A DNA stretch of 64,000 bases from an uncultured delta proteobacterium (lineage in GTDB: Bacteria > Desulfobacterota > Desulfuromonadia > Desulfuromonadales > BM103): contig CAVQRZ010000014.1 in assembly GCA_963715335.1 (NCBI GenBank), positions 96,001-160,000 on the forward strand, read 5' to 3'. A program made the position numbers and the translations under genes. Below are positions 20,518-30,301 of the stretch, piece after piece. Numbering within the stretch: position 1 is the first letter of the stretch; each line of letters begins with the position of its first letter. A model generated the notes under the pieces. The model saw only the letters and a list, made by a program, of their open reading frames with translations, searched no databases and was not told the origin of the DNA.

Positions 20518-20546
20518 CCGTATTATCTCCACACAGAGGTGCAGCT

Positions 20547-21950
20547 ATGAAGACATTGGACTGGCGTCATGATCGTCTGCGGGTCAAAACTCTATTGCTG
20601 GCCGATCAGAGCGCGGGTGAAGTTTTCGTCCAGGGCTGGTTGCGGACCGTGCGGCGCAGCAAGGGGGTTAATTTCCTGGCCCTCAACGACGGTTCGTGTC
20701 TCGACAGCCTGCAGGTTGTCGTCAGTGAAGAATCCCCCGCCTTTGCCACCTCAGACAGCCTCGGCACGGGCTGTTGTGTTGGCGTCCGGGGGGCAATGGT
20801 CCCCTCGCCGGGAGAGGGGCAGAACTGGGAGGTCCAGGCCGAAGAGCTCATCGTCTACGGCCTGACCGACGAAACTTTCCCCTTGCAGAAGAAGCGCCAC
20901 GGTTTCGAATTCCTGCGCTCGATCGCCCATCTGCGCCCCAGGACCAACGCCTTTGGCGCGGTTTTTCGTGTGCGCAGCCGTATCGCTCACGCCGTGCATA
21001 CCTTCTTCCAGGAGCGCGGCTTCCTCTATGTCCATTCACCGATTATTACCGCCAACGACTGCGAGGGTGCCGGCGAAATGTTCCGGGTTACGACGCTGGA
21101 CCCGGAGAACCCGCCGCAGGTTGACGGGCGCATCGCCTGGCACGAGGATTTTTTCGGAGCGAAGACCGGTCTTACGGTCAGCGGCCAGTTGCAGGGAGAA
21201 CTCTTTGCCACTGCCTTTACCGACATCTACACTTTCGGCCCGACCTTTCGCGCCGAGAACTCCAATACCAGCCGACATGCCTCCGAGTTCTGGATGATAG
21301 AGCCGGAAATCGCCTTTGCCGACCTTGCTGTCAACTGCCAGCTGGCCGAGGAGTTCTTCCGTTTCATGGTCGAGTATGCTCTTGAGCACTGCCAGGAGGA
21401 TTTGGGTTTTTTCAACCAGTTTGTCGACCGGGGGCTTCTGGACCGGCTCGAACTCGTCGTCAAGACACCTTTCCAGGCGATGAGCTACACCGAAGCCGTC
21501 GAGCGTCTGCAGAAAAGCGGACAGACCTTCGAGTTCCCGGTTGAATGGGGGTGTGACCTGCAGTCCGAACACGAAAGATATCTGACCGAGAAGATCGTCG
21601 GCGGGCCGTTGTTTGTCACCGATTACCCGGCCGGGATCAAGGCCTTCTACATGCGGCAGAATGACGATGACCGAACGGTCGCGGCGATGGACCTGCTGGT
21701 GCCCAAGGTCGGTGAGATTATCGGCGGCAGCCAGCGCGAAGAGCGTCTTGACCTGCTAGAGCGCAAGATGAGGGCCTTCGATATCCTGCCTGAAAGCCTC
21801 GACTGGTATCTCGACACCCGGCGCTGGGGAAGCTGCCCGCACGCTGGTTTCGGTCTTGGCTTTGAGCGTTTCCTGATGTACATCACCGGCATGGAGAATG
21901 TCCGTGATGTCATCCCGTTCCCACGCACACCCGGCAACGCGCGGTTCTGA
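20547..21950 (+). CDS. asnS: Asparagine--tRNA ligase
   Basis: LTVSGQL, FGPTFRAENSNTSRHASEFWMIEPE, GEIIGGSQRE, PHAGFGLGFER. Confidence 0.97.
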   Translation: MKTLDWRHDRLRVKTLLLADQSAGEVFVQGWLRTVRRSKGVNFLALNDGSCLDSLQVVVSEESPAFATSDSLGTGCCVGVRGAMVPSPGEGQNWEVQAEELIVYGLTDETFPLQKKRHGFEFLRSIAHLRPRTNAFGAVFRVRSRIAHAVHTFFQERGFLYVHSPIITANDCEGAGEMFRVTTLDPENPPQVDGRIAWHEDFFGAKTGLTVSGQLQGELFATAFTDIYTFGPTFRAENSNTSRHASEFWMIEPEIAFADLAVNCQLAEEFFRFMVEYALEHCQEDLGFFNQFVDRGLLDRLELVVKTPFQAMSYTEAVERLQKSGQTFEFPVEWGCDLQSEHERYLTEKIVGGPLFVTDYPAGIKAFYMRQNDDDRTVAAMDLLVPKVGEIIGGSQREERLDLLERKMRAFDILPESLDWYLDTRRWGSCPHAGFGLGFERFLMYITGMENVRDVIPFPRTPGNARF

Positions 21951-21951
21951 T

Positions 21952-22842
21952 TCAGAACGCCGGCAATGGGCTTTCGATATGCTTATGGTTTCGCAATGAC
22001 ACCAGCGTATGAATGACCAGAGTGCCGACGATCAGTAGCCCTGCCAGTTGCGTTGTTCCAGGTGGAACCTCCCCGAGCGCCATCCACACCCAGATCGGGC
22101 CGAGGATCGTTTCGACGAGCAGGATCAGGCTGACTTCGGGGGCGGGCAGGTAGCGCGGCCCGAGGGTGATCATGGTAAAGGAAATCGGCAGGACAACGCC
22201 ACCGAGCAATAACAGCAGCAACATGTCCGGACCGGTAATATTCATCGGTTGAGCTCCGGCAGCCAATGCGGCAGGAACGACCAGCAGGTTGCCGAGCAGG
22301 TTGGCCGGGATCATATTGACGGATTTGCCGCTGCGGATGACGACCAGGTTGCTCCCCCACATGAAGGTCGCTCCGAGAGCCAGCAGGTCTCCGAGCAACA
22401 GTCCGCTTGTCAAGCTGCCCGAAAATATCAGCAGGATCCCGCCGAAACAGATGAATATTGCGACCCAGGTGTGTCGGGCGATCTTCTCGCGCAGGAATAT
22501 CCAGCTGAGCAGGCTGCTGATAAACGGCGTGGCCGCAAGGATGACCAGGGTGTTGGCTGCGGCGGTCTGTTTGAGCGAATTGACGAACATCAGGCTGCCC
22601 GTCGCGACGATGATCGCGGAGAGAATCCCGGTTCGACCGATGTTGTGGAAGCTGTGCAGGAACTGACGGCGATAAGTGACAGCCAGAAACACCGATTGCA
22701 TGCAGCCGGTCAGCAGGCAGCGCCAGAACAGCAGGGTCCACACATCACAACGAACCAGTCGCACCAGGAGCGCATCCGGACTGAGGATCAGCACAGCGGC
22801 AAAGGTAATCAGCAGCCCCTTGGTATGCATGGAGAGATTCAT
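21952..22842 (-). CDS. DMT/EamA-family transporter
   Basis: About 10 TM helices; LSPDALLVR; PAPEVSLILLVETILGPIWVW. Confidence 0.88.
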   Translation of the reverse strand: MNLSMHTKGLLITFAAVLILSPDALLVRLVRCDVWTLLFWRCLLTGCMQSVFLAVTYRRQFLHSFHNIGRTGILSAIIVATGSLMFVNSLKQTAAANTLVILAATPFISSLLSWIFLREKIARHTWVAIFICFGGILLIFSGSLTSGLLLGDLLALGATFMWGSNLVVIRSGKSVNMIPANLLGNLLVVPAALAAGAQPMNITGPDMLLLLLLGGVVLPISFTMITLGPRYLPAPEVSLILLVETILGPIWVWMALGEVPPGTTQLAGLLIVGTLVIHTLVSLRNHKHIESPLPAF

Positions 22843-22985
22843 AGCGGCGATAGATGACACAGGCAAGTGGTAAAGGCAAGCGGGTTTTCAGTTTGACACT
22901 TTTTCAGGCATAATGTAGAAACGTCTGACGACCAGCCGGAGCACAGCTGTCCTGCCTGGCCTTAGCTTTTGAATCGTCAGGCAAG

Positions 22986-23840
22986 ATGAATTTTTCATTT
23001 GAAAGGATGGATACAGTGCCTTTGTCGACGGTAGGTAAAATAGGTTTCATAGGCGGCGGGAATATGGCTGAGGCCTTTATCAAAGGTCTACTGAACGGCG
23101 GGTTCCCTGCTGAGGACATCCACTTTTTCGAACCGAATGAACAGCGTCGTGAACTGGTGGTGGATCGCTACGGGATTTCCTGCGCGGAGAACAATGCGGC
23201 GCTGGTCGAGATCAGCAATATCGTTGTCCTGGCGACGAAACCTCAGATCCTGGACAAGGTCCTGAAAGAGGTGAACGGGGCCTTTGACGATGACAAGCTG
23301 TTGATTTCGATTCTCGCCGGAATTACCACGACAACCCTTGAGGCTGGTCTCGGCGGCCAGGCTCGCGTGGTGCGCGCCATGCCGAACACGCCGGCCCTGG
23401 CCGGGCGCGGGGCTGCTGCGCTTTGCCCCGGCTTGCATATCAACCAGGAAGACCGTCGGATCGCCCAACACCTTTTTGAGACCGTCGGCATCGCTCTCTG
23501 GGTAGAAGAAGGGCAGATGGACGCCGTGACCGGGCTCTCGGGCTCCGGCCCCGCTTTTGTCTACACGTTTATTGAGGCAATGACGGCCGGTGGTGTCCAG
23601 GAAGGCCTGCGGCTGGATGTCGCGCACGCCCTTGCCGTGCAGACCGTCGTTGGCGCAGCACATTTGGTCCAGGTGACCGGTGAGCATCCGGCGCTGCTGC
23701 GGGAAAAGGTTTGCAGCCCTGCTGGAACGACGATCAGCGCCATCCGTGTTCTTGAAGAACGTGGTTTGCGTGCCACCATGATGGAGGCCGTCGGTGCCGC
23801 TACGAAACGCTCACGCCAGCTTGGTGAAGAGAACAAATAA
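22986..23840 (+). CDS. proC: Pyrroline-5-carboxylate reductase
   Basis: IGGGNMA, RAMPNTPA, TGLSGSGPAF, VCSPAGTT; start codon may be slightly downstream. Confidence 0.96.
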   Translation: MNFSFERMDTVPLSTVGKIGFIGGGNMAEAFIKGLLNGGFPAEDIHFFEPNEQRRELVVDRYGISCAENNAALVEISNIVVLATKPQILDKVLKEVNGAFDDDKLLISILAGITTTTLEAGLGGQARVVRAMPNTPALAGRGAAALCPGLHINQEDRRIAQHLFETVGIALWVEEGQMDAVTGLSGSGPAFVYTFIEAMTAGGVQEGLRLDVAHALAVQTVVGAAHLVQVTGEHPALLREKVCSPAGTTISAIRVLEERGLRATMMEAVGAATKRSRQLGEENK

Positions 23841-23949
23841 AGATCCTGGCCGATCGGTGAGCTAATCGCCGTGGGATTGCAAATGGCCATCCGGCACAGA
23901 ATCGGGAGGCCCTTTTACTGGTTGATCGGCTTTTTCCGGGGAGGATGTA

Positions 23950-24663
23950 ATGCTATTATTCCAAAGGCTATCCATAGTAATTTTTATGGCATTTCTCTGC
24001 AATGCTACAGTTGCATTGGCCGAGACGCGTTACATTTCCGACCAGCTGGTTGTGTCTCTTAGGGAACTGCCACAAAATGGCTCTGCAACGATCGTCTACC
24101 TCAAGACCGATACCCCCGTAGAGGTTCTTGAGATCGGAGAAGAATTCTTAAAAGTGAAAACGACGAATGGCGAGATCGGATATATACAGAAGAGCTACCT
24201 GACAGTGGATTCACCCAAAACAACGACTATCAGTCGGCTGACCCGGGAAAATCAAGGTTTGGAAGAGCGCGTCCAGGAAATGGAAAAGCGGTACAGTGAA
24301 GTCTCGTCCAGTGGAGATGAGGCCAAAAAAAAGCTTTTATCTGAGCTGGAAGATTCACGTCTGCAGGTAGATAAACTGCAGAAGGATTTACTCAAATCGA
24401 ATACGGAACTAGCGGAGCGTACCCAGGCATATGAAGGGTTGAAAAAGAATTCCGAAAACATTATAGACATCACAGCGGAACGTGACCAGCTCAGGCTCAG
24501 TCACGCGCAATTGACGGCCAAAGCAACCGGTTTGGAAGAAGAGAGAAAAGCGTTCCAGAAAAAAGAAACGACCGAATGGTTTCTTGCTGGGGCAGGGGTC
24601 CTGCTGCTGGGCTGGATCATCGGCAAGTTTTCCAAGTCACGGCGCAAAAGCTCCCTCTATTGA
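23950..24663 (+). CDS. SH3-domain coiled-coil membrane-anchored protein (TIGR04211/YgiM-like)
   Basis: Signal peptide, ETRYISDQL SH3b start, coiled coil, C-terminal WFLAGAGVLLLGWIIG plus basic tail. Confidence 0.85.
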   Translation: MLLFQRLSIVIFMAFLCNATVALAETRYISDQLVVSLRELPQNGSATIVYLKTDTPVEVLEIGEEFLKVKTTNGEIGYIQKSYLTVDSPKTTTISRLTRENQGLEERVQEMEKRYSEVSSSGDEAKKKLLSELEDSRLQVDKLQKDLLKSNTELAERTQAYEGLKKNSENIIDITAERDQLRLSHAQLTAKATGLEEERKAFQKKETTEWFLAGAGVLLLGWIIGKFSKSRRKSSLY

Positions 24664-24941
24664 CAAAAAAGGCATGTTGATCAATCCCCGCTTATAATAT
24701 GTAAAAGCCCAAATCTGCTGATTTGGGCTTTCTTGCGTTGCTGTGCCGGCAAGCTCATGTTTCGACCGAACGCACTCCTGACAAACAATACCGGTGGATA
24801 TATAAGCACAAACAACGGCGGCGTTCATGCAAGGCAGCGACTTTGCCGTTTATATTTGAATGGTCGGCCGGAACTCTTGGCGCTCCAGGGCAGGTGCCTG
24901 CATGTAAATTATGGCCTTGATGACTTGGTTCGGGCCTGTCG

Positions 24942-26357
24942 TTAAAGATCATCGTAAACCATGATCTGTTTTTTCCCTTTTGCTTTTGCCCCCCTCATTG
25001 CCCGGTTGGCCCAATGGACCAACTGGTCGAAGGTTTGCGAAGGATCGCCCGAGTAGGTTGAAACTCCGGCACTGACCGTAACCTTTTCTTCAGTGAGAAT
25101 ATCATAATCAAATCCACTGATAAGACCACTGATACGCTGTGCCAGGATTAATGCGCCCTCCTGGTTTGTATTGGGCAGCAACAGGGCAAATTCATCACCT
25201 CTGTAGCGTGCCGCGACATCCGTGTCCCGAACGATACTTCTGATCAGGTGCCCAATTTGCTTGAGGACTTCGTCGCCGAGCATATGCCCGTATTTGCCAT
25301 TGATTTTTCTAAAATCATCAATGTTGATGAGTATTAATGACAGCGCTGAATTGTAGCGCCTGGTGCGAGAGAACTCTTTCTCAAGTTGCTCATAAAAGTG
25401 CCTGTGGGTGTGGAGTCTGGTCAGGACATCACGCGTCACAAATTCTTCAAAAACTTCTTTGGCTGTGGTCATCGACTCGAAAAGAACAGCGTTTTCCAGT
25501 GCGTTAGCTGAAATATTGGCAACCAGGTGACAAAGCTTGTAGACCCGGTCGGAAACACCGCCTTGCAGTTTGGTTGCCGTGCCGAGAAACAACGAGCCAA
25601 TCACACTCTCTTTTTTTATTATGGGAACGACGAAAATTGAGCTCAGCCCCCGCTTTGCAATCTGTGAGCGAACCGGGTCCATAAGTGGGTCAATCGTGGT
25701 GTCATTGACGACGACCGCGCTACGCGTTTCGAATGCTTTACGTATCTCAGGGTAACCATCCAGTCCCAGCTTGATTTCCTCCTGCCCAAGCAAATCATTG
25801 CTGGCCTTCACGGTAAACTCATTAATATTGTTGATACTGACTATTGAGCAACGCTCGACGCCTACGATATCAGCAACCCGTTCAACAACTTGCTGCAAGA
25901 TTTTCTTTGGGTTGCGCAGGACGGCTATGGAATTGGACAGTTCAAGGAGAAGCTTTAGGTCTTTGTGTTCGAGCCCTTCTAAAAATTTTGTGTAATTGAG
26001 ATGTGCATCTATCCTGACCAAAACTTCGGTGGGGTTGACAGGTTTGTCAAGGTAATCGTCGGCGCCAGCTTGCAGGCCCAAGATCATGTCCTCTTTGTCG
26101 GCGTGAGAGGAGAGGAGGATAACCGGGATATCTTTCGTATGTCTCGTCTCTTTCAATCTCCTGCAAAAGTCTATGCCGTCAAGCCCGGGGATATCGACAT
26201 CAACGATTACGAGCGTCGGTCTTATGGTGTCTGAGAGCCTCACTGCCTCGAAGCCATGCTTGGCATAGACCAGAATATAATGTTCCTCCAGCGTGTCTTT
26301 GAGGCTCTTGCGGACGATTTCATCCGCCGTGGCTATTAAAATTGTATCCGAATTCAT
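24942..26357 (-). CDS. REC-GAF-GGDEF protein with degenerate active site (RGDEF)
   Basis: REC (DVDIPGLDG...GADDYLDKP), GAF (FVVPII...IGSL), GGDEF-like domain NIDDFRKINGKYGH...RDTD...RYRGDEF. Confidence 0.88.
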   Translation of the reverse strand: MNSDTILIATADEIVRKSLKDTLEEHYILVYAKHGFEAVRLSDTIRPTLVIVDVDIPGLDGIDFCRRLKETRHTKDIPVILLSSHADKEDMILGLQAGADDYLDKPVNPTEVLVRIDAHLNYTKFLEGLEHKDLKLLLELSNSIAVLRNPKKILQQVVERVADIVGVERCSIVSINNINEFTVKASNDLLGQEEIKLGLDGYPEIRKAFETRSAVVVNDTTIDPLMDPVRSQIAKRGLSSIFVVPIIKKESVIGSLFLGTATKLQGGVSDRVYKLCHLVANISANALENAVLFESMTTAKEVFEEFVTRDVLTRLHTHRHFYEQLEKEFSRTRRYNSALSLILINIDDFRKINGKYGHMLGDEVLKQIGHLIRSIVRDTDVAARYRGDEFALLLPNTNQEGALILAQRISGLISGFDYDILTEEKVTVSAGVSTYSGDPSQTFDQLVHWANRAMRGAKAKGKKQIMVYDDL

Positions 26358-26739
26358 TATTACCCCCTGCCGCGGATTGAACCCCGAAAGTGCCCGAATT
26401 TGTTTCGCCGCGCACATTATATAGTCGGCACGCGTTGATTTTCAAATTATACCTTCTGCACGTAAGATGCGAGATGGGAGCAACCTTGAACCCCAGGACC
26501 TTTAGGCGCCATAAATATCAGACCCAGGAAATAGATTCCAGTGCTGCGGAGGCCTGGGTTTTTAGGCGGTCGGCCCCACCAGCTATGCCAACGCCGATGC
26601 CATGGCTATCACAGGATCTCTCGCTCGCCCGTTTTAACATATCGGCCTCAGCTTTTTAAGGGTTTATTCTTTACTGTTATGCAAAAGTCGGTTCCGAAGA
26701 CCTTTTGCCGAGGTGCCGTCGGGCAACCTGCCGTGGCGT

Positions 26740-26774
26740 AATTCCGTATTGCATACTTTATGCGTATCCGCATA
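26740..26774. promoter_or_regulatory. Tandem palindromic operator sites upstream of activator 1
   Basis: AATTC-CGTATT-GCATA (26740-26755) and TATGC-GTATCC-GCATA (26759-26774), 19 bp apart. Confidence 0.55.
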
Positions 26775-26819
26775 AGATATGCATTCATGAGTCAAACATG
26801 TTGAGGAGGCTGTAAAAGT

Positions 26820-28559
26820 ATGCAGAAACGGGTTGATGACTTGAATTCACTGGCGCCGATTTTTCTCAAGGCATTATCCGTGCCCTTGCTGGCCTGTAAT
26901 CCACAGGGGCGTATCGTTTATGCCAATCCGGCAGCAGAGAGCCAGCTGAAAGCCACAGTCGGTGTGATGCTTGCCGAACCCTTGCCGAAACTGGCCGAAG
27001 CGGTTGGCAGTTTCAGCCGTAGTGCACGGCCATCGCCACCAATGACCATCACTCGCGGTACGGGTGCGCCTTATCTGGCCTTGCTCAACACGGTGAAGTC
27101 CGGTGATGGGCAAAACCTGACCCTTTGCCTGTTGCCGCCCGCACCCTCGCCACCGCAATCGGACCAGCGTATGCAGGACTTCGAAGCGCTGACTCTCGAG
27201 TTGCATGCGATCATCGATTCTTCGTCTGACGGGCTGTTCGTCTGTGACGCGGGTGCCAACGTTATCCGGGTGAATCCGGCCTCCGAGAGAATCCATAAGC
27301 GTCCGGCAGCCGAGATGGTCGGGCGGAATATGCGCGATCTTATCGATGAGGGCTTTATCGATCGATCTGCCGCCCTGGAGGCCAGTTTAAAGAAGAAAAG
27401 TATCAGCCAACTGCAGAACTTGCCGGGAGGGGGCAAGCTGATTTCCGTAGCGACTCCGGTTTTCGATCACAGCGGCGAGTTGATCCGTGTGGTGGTCAGT
27501 GAGCGCGACATCACTGAAATCGATCAGCTGCAGCGGGAATTGGAAAACCAGGAGGCGATCAAAGACCAGTTCCGCCACCAGATGCTGGAGATGCAGCAGG
27601 CCGAGCTGGAGTCGCGGCGAATCATTGCCCGGAGCCCGAATATGATCAAGGCGTTGCGCCAGGCAACCAAGGTCGCCACAGCTGATTCCTCGGTGTTGAT
27701 CCTCGGTGAATCGGGTGTCGGCAAGGGGGTTATTGCCGATATGATCCATCATAATTCCCGCCGCTCCGAGCACCCCATGATCAAGATCAACTGCGGCGCG
27801 ATTCCCGAGTCACTGATCGAGGCGGAACTCTTCGGTTATGAAAAGGGCGCCTTCACCGGGGCCAGTCCGGGCGGTAAGCCGGGGCAATTCGAACTTGCCA
27901 ACGAAGGGGTCCTTTTTCTCGACGAGATTGCTGAACTGCCCTTGTCGGCACAGGTTAAGCTGCTGCGTTTCCTTGAAGACGGCCAGATCACTCGTCTTGG
28001 CAGCACCGTGCAACGTAAGGTTGATGTACGGGTACTGGCCGCGACTCATCGCGATCTCGAGGAGATGGTAGAGCGGGGAACCTTCCGGCTTGATCTTTAC
28101 TATCGTCTCAATGTTATCCCGATTCATGTGCCGGCGGTCCGTGAACGCAGGGACTGTCTGGTGCCCCTGATCAGGCACTATATCGACCATTTCGCCGCGA
28201 TCAACAAGACTCCCAAGCGTCTGACACGTGCTACCCTCGACGCCCTGGCCGGCTACGCCTATCCCGGTAATGTCCGTGAATTGATGAATATCTGCGAACG
28301 ACTGGTGGTCATGTCAGAGACTGAGCTTATCGACGTCGCTGACTTGCCTGCCCAGATCGCCGGGGCCTCACAATCCGGGATGCCGGAAGACCTTGAATGG
28401 CCGGAGTCGATTTCGTTGCAGGAAGCGCTGGAGACTGTCGAACGCAACCTGCTGCTCCGGGCGCGAGACAGGTTTCGCAACCAGGCCGGAATTGCAGAGG
28501 CGCTGGGAGTGAACCAGTCAACGATTGCGCGAAAACTTAAACGCTATAACCTGACCTAG
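26820..28559 (+). CDS. PAS-domain sigma-54-dependent transcriptional activator (PrdR/RocR-like architecture)
   Basis: Two PAS-like regions, [36 protein letters not shown]. Confidence 0.93.
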   Translation: MQKRVDDLNSLAPIFLKALSVPLLACNPQGRIVYANPAAESQLKATVGVMLAEPLPKLAEAVGSFSRSARPSPPMTITRGTGAPYLALLNTVKSGDGQNLTLCLLPPAPSPPQSDQRMQDFEALTLELHAIIDSSSDGLFVCDAGANVIRVNPASERIHKRPAAEMVGRNMRDLIDEGFIDRSAALEASLKKKSISQLQNLPGGGKLISVATPVFDHSGELIRVVVSERDITEIDQLQRELENQEAIKDQFRHQMLEMQQAELESRRIIARSPNMIKALRQATKVATADSSVLILGESGVGKGVIADMIHHNSRRSEHPMIKINCGAIPESLIEAELFGYEKGAFTGASPGGKPGQFELANEGVLFLDEIAELPLSAQVKLLRFLEDGQITRLGSTVQRKVDVRVLAATHRDLEEMVERGTFRLDLYYRLNVIPIHVPAVRERRDCLVPLIRHYIDHFAAINKTPKRLTRATLDALAGYAYPGNVRELMNICERLVVMSETELIDVADLPAQIAGASQSGMPEDLEWPESISLQEALETVERNLLLRARDRFRNQAGIAEALGVNQSTIARKLKRYNLT

Positions 28560-28604
28560 TCATGAGCACCTTTTCTTCTTTTGTTGCAGCTATACAGGCA
28601 TATT

Positions 28605-28620
28605 TATGCGGTAGTGCATA
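28605..28620. promoter_or_regulatory. Palindromic enhancer site TATGC-N6-GCATA
   Basis: TATGCGGTAGTGCATA about 200 bp upstream of the sigma-54 promoter at 28819. Confidence 0.55.
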
Positions 28621-28818
28621 AATATCTTGAGCGAGCTCGAGGGGCACTGTTTTGCCCGTCAAAAATACCCGTCTGGTTGTGATGAATGTCGTGCCAAGAC
28701 ACGCTGAACGTTAGCGTCAAAATATTGCTTAACTTGTTAATATATAGGACTAATTTTTTCCATAGAGCATAGTCGTGATCTGTTTCATCAAGGGGCTGTT
28801 TGATTTTGTAACACTGTT

Positions 28819-28833
28819 TGGCACCGCTCTTGC
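28819..28833 (+). promoter_or_regulatory. Sigma-54 promoter of the LIV operon
   Basis: TGGCAC-CGCTC-TTGC matches the consensus. Confidence 0.85.
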
Positions 28834-28971
28834 TAAGTCCTTGCTATACTGCCAAGCGGTTCATATTCGTACACGATTCTCGACAGAGAGCAGTTGCAAT
28901 GACAAGGTTCCATGTAACAATGTGTTGATAATGTAGTGTGTTAATTTCATTAACCCAATCGAAAAAAGGAG

Positions 28972-30093
28972 ATGAGTATGTTTAAGAAATGTTTTATCGT
29001 CATGGTTTCTTTGTGTCTGGCCACGGTGCTGGCCGCGGGAACGGGATTTGCTGCTGGCGAAGTTAAGGTCGGCATCATGATCCCCACCACAGGTGGTACC
29101 GCAACCGATGGTAAGGACATGGAGAGCGCCATCAAACTGGCCGTTGACGAGATCAACGCTGCCGGTGGCCTTTTGGGTAAGCAGATTGTCACCACCACAG
29201 GTGATGATGCCTGTGACCCGCAACAGGCTGTCGCCGCCGCCAGCAAACTGATCTCTGAAGATGTCGTCGGCGTTGTCGGCGGTTACTGCTCCGGCGCAAC
29301 CCTGCCGACTCTCGCCCTGTACGGCGAAGCCAAGGTGCCTTTTGTTATTACCGCGTCCAACTCTACTGCTCTGGTCGGTGCCAATCCCGGCATCGGCTTC
29401 ATGATCAACTCCACCGGCGACGCCCAGGCTGACACGGCTGTTGCGCTTTTCGATTCCCTCGGCGTGAAGAGTCTTGCCATCGTTCACATGGGTGAAGCCT
29501 ACTCTGAAGATCTCGCCAAGATTTCCAAGGTCAAGTGGGAAGAAAAGGGCAACAAGGTCCTTGCTTACGAAGTGGTCAACAAGGGTGAGCAGGACTTCTC
29601 CTCCCTCGTCACAACCCTTAAGTCGAAGCAGCCTGATGCAATCTTCTGGACGGCCTACTACGCAGAAGGCGCCCTGCTGATCAAGCAGCTTCGCCAGGCC
29701 GGCTATCGCGGCACGATTGCCATCGGCGACGGCTCCAACTCGCCGAAGCTGATTGAAATTGCCGGTAAAGCTGCAGAAGGCGTGTACTGCTTCTCCAATC
29801 CGATCGTTGACTACCTGCCCGCCGCCAAGGACTTTGCCGCGAACTTCACGAAGAAGTACGGTGTCGCTCCCGGTCCTTATTCGACCCTCTCATACGATGG
29901 CATGATGCTTTATGCCGACGCCGTCAAGCGTGCCGGGTCCTTTGACAAGGCCGCCGTCGCCAAGGCCCTGAAAGCCACCGACAACTACGAAGGGATTGCC
30001 GGTCCGATCTCCTTTACGGACAAGTTGACCCTGGCCCGCAGCAACTTCGTCGTGCTCAAGGTCGACGGCCAGAAGTGGCAACTTAACAAGTAA
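28972..30093 (+). CDS. livK: LIV-type (HAAT) amino acid ABC transporter substrate-binding protein
   Basis: Signal peptide; AVDEINAAGGLLGK, DDACDPQQA, GGYCSGATL. Confidence 0.9.
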   Translation: MSMFKKCFIVMVSLCLATVLAAGTGFAAGEVKVGIMIPTTGGTATDGKDMESAIKLAVDEINAAGGLLGKQIVTTTGDDACDPQQAVAAASKLISEDVVGVVGGYCSGATLPTLALYGEAKVPFVITASNSTALVGANPGIGFMINSTGDAQADTAVALFDSLGVKSLAIVHMGEAYSEDLAKISKVKWEEKGNKVLAYEVVNKGEQDFSSLVTTLKSKQPDAIFWTAYYAEGALLIKQLRQAGYRGTIAIGDGSNSPKLIEIAGKAAEGVYCFSNPIVDYLPAAKDFAANFTKKYGVAPGPYSTLSYDGMMLYADAVKRAGSFDKAAVAKALKATDNYEGIAGPISFTDKLTLARSNFVVLKVDGQKWQLNK

Positions 30094-30118
30094 GCAGAGC
30101 GTTTTTCATTAGTAACGT

Positions 30119-30147
30119 CCCTGCTGCAGCCAGGTGCTGCAGCAGGG
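30119..30147 (+). other. Intercistronic stem-loop after the binding-protein gene
   Basis: CCCTGCTGCAGC-CAGGT-GCTGCAGCAGGG perfect 12-bp stem without a U-tract. Confidence 0.6.
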
Positions 30148-30301
30148 TGCAGCACTCTGTTCGTTCCACGCGCCTGGATATCTTCCTACAACCATAACCG
30201 TGTTGCATATTTTACCGGGCCGTCGTCTTAGAAAATTCGATATCTGCGACGGTCAAGTGCGACTCTGCCCGTCCGACGAAGCCAAAGAAGGGACAACCGT
30301 A

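Noticed and set aside
26469..26624. 6S RNA or c-di-GMP (GEMM) riboswitch
   Set aside because: Only a short GGTTCAAG resemblance to 6S, wrong gene context, and no GEMM consensus.
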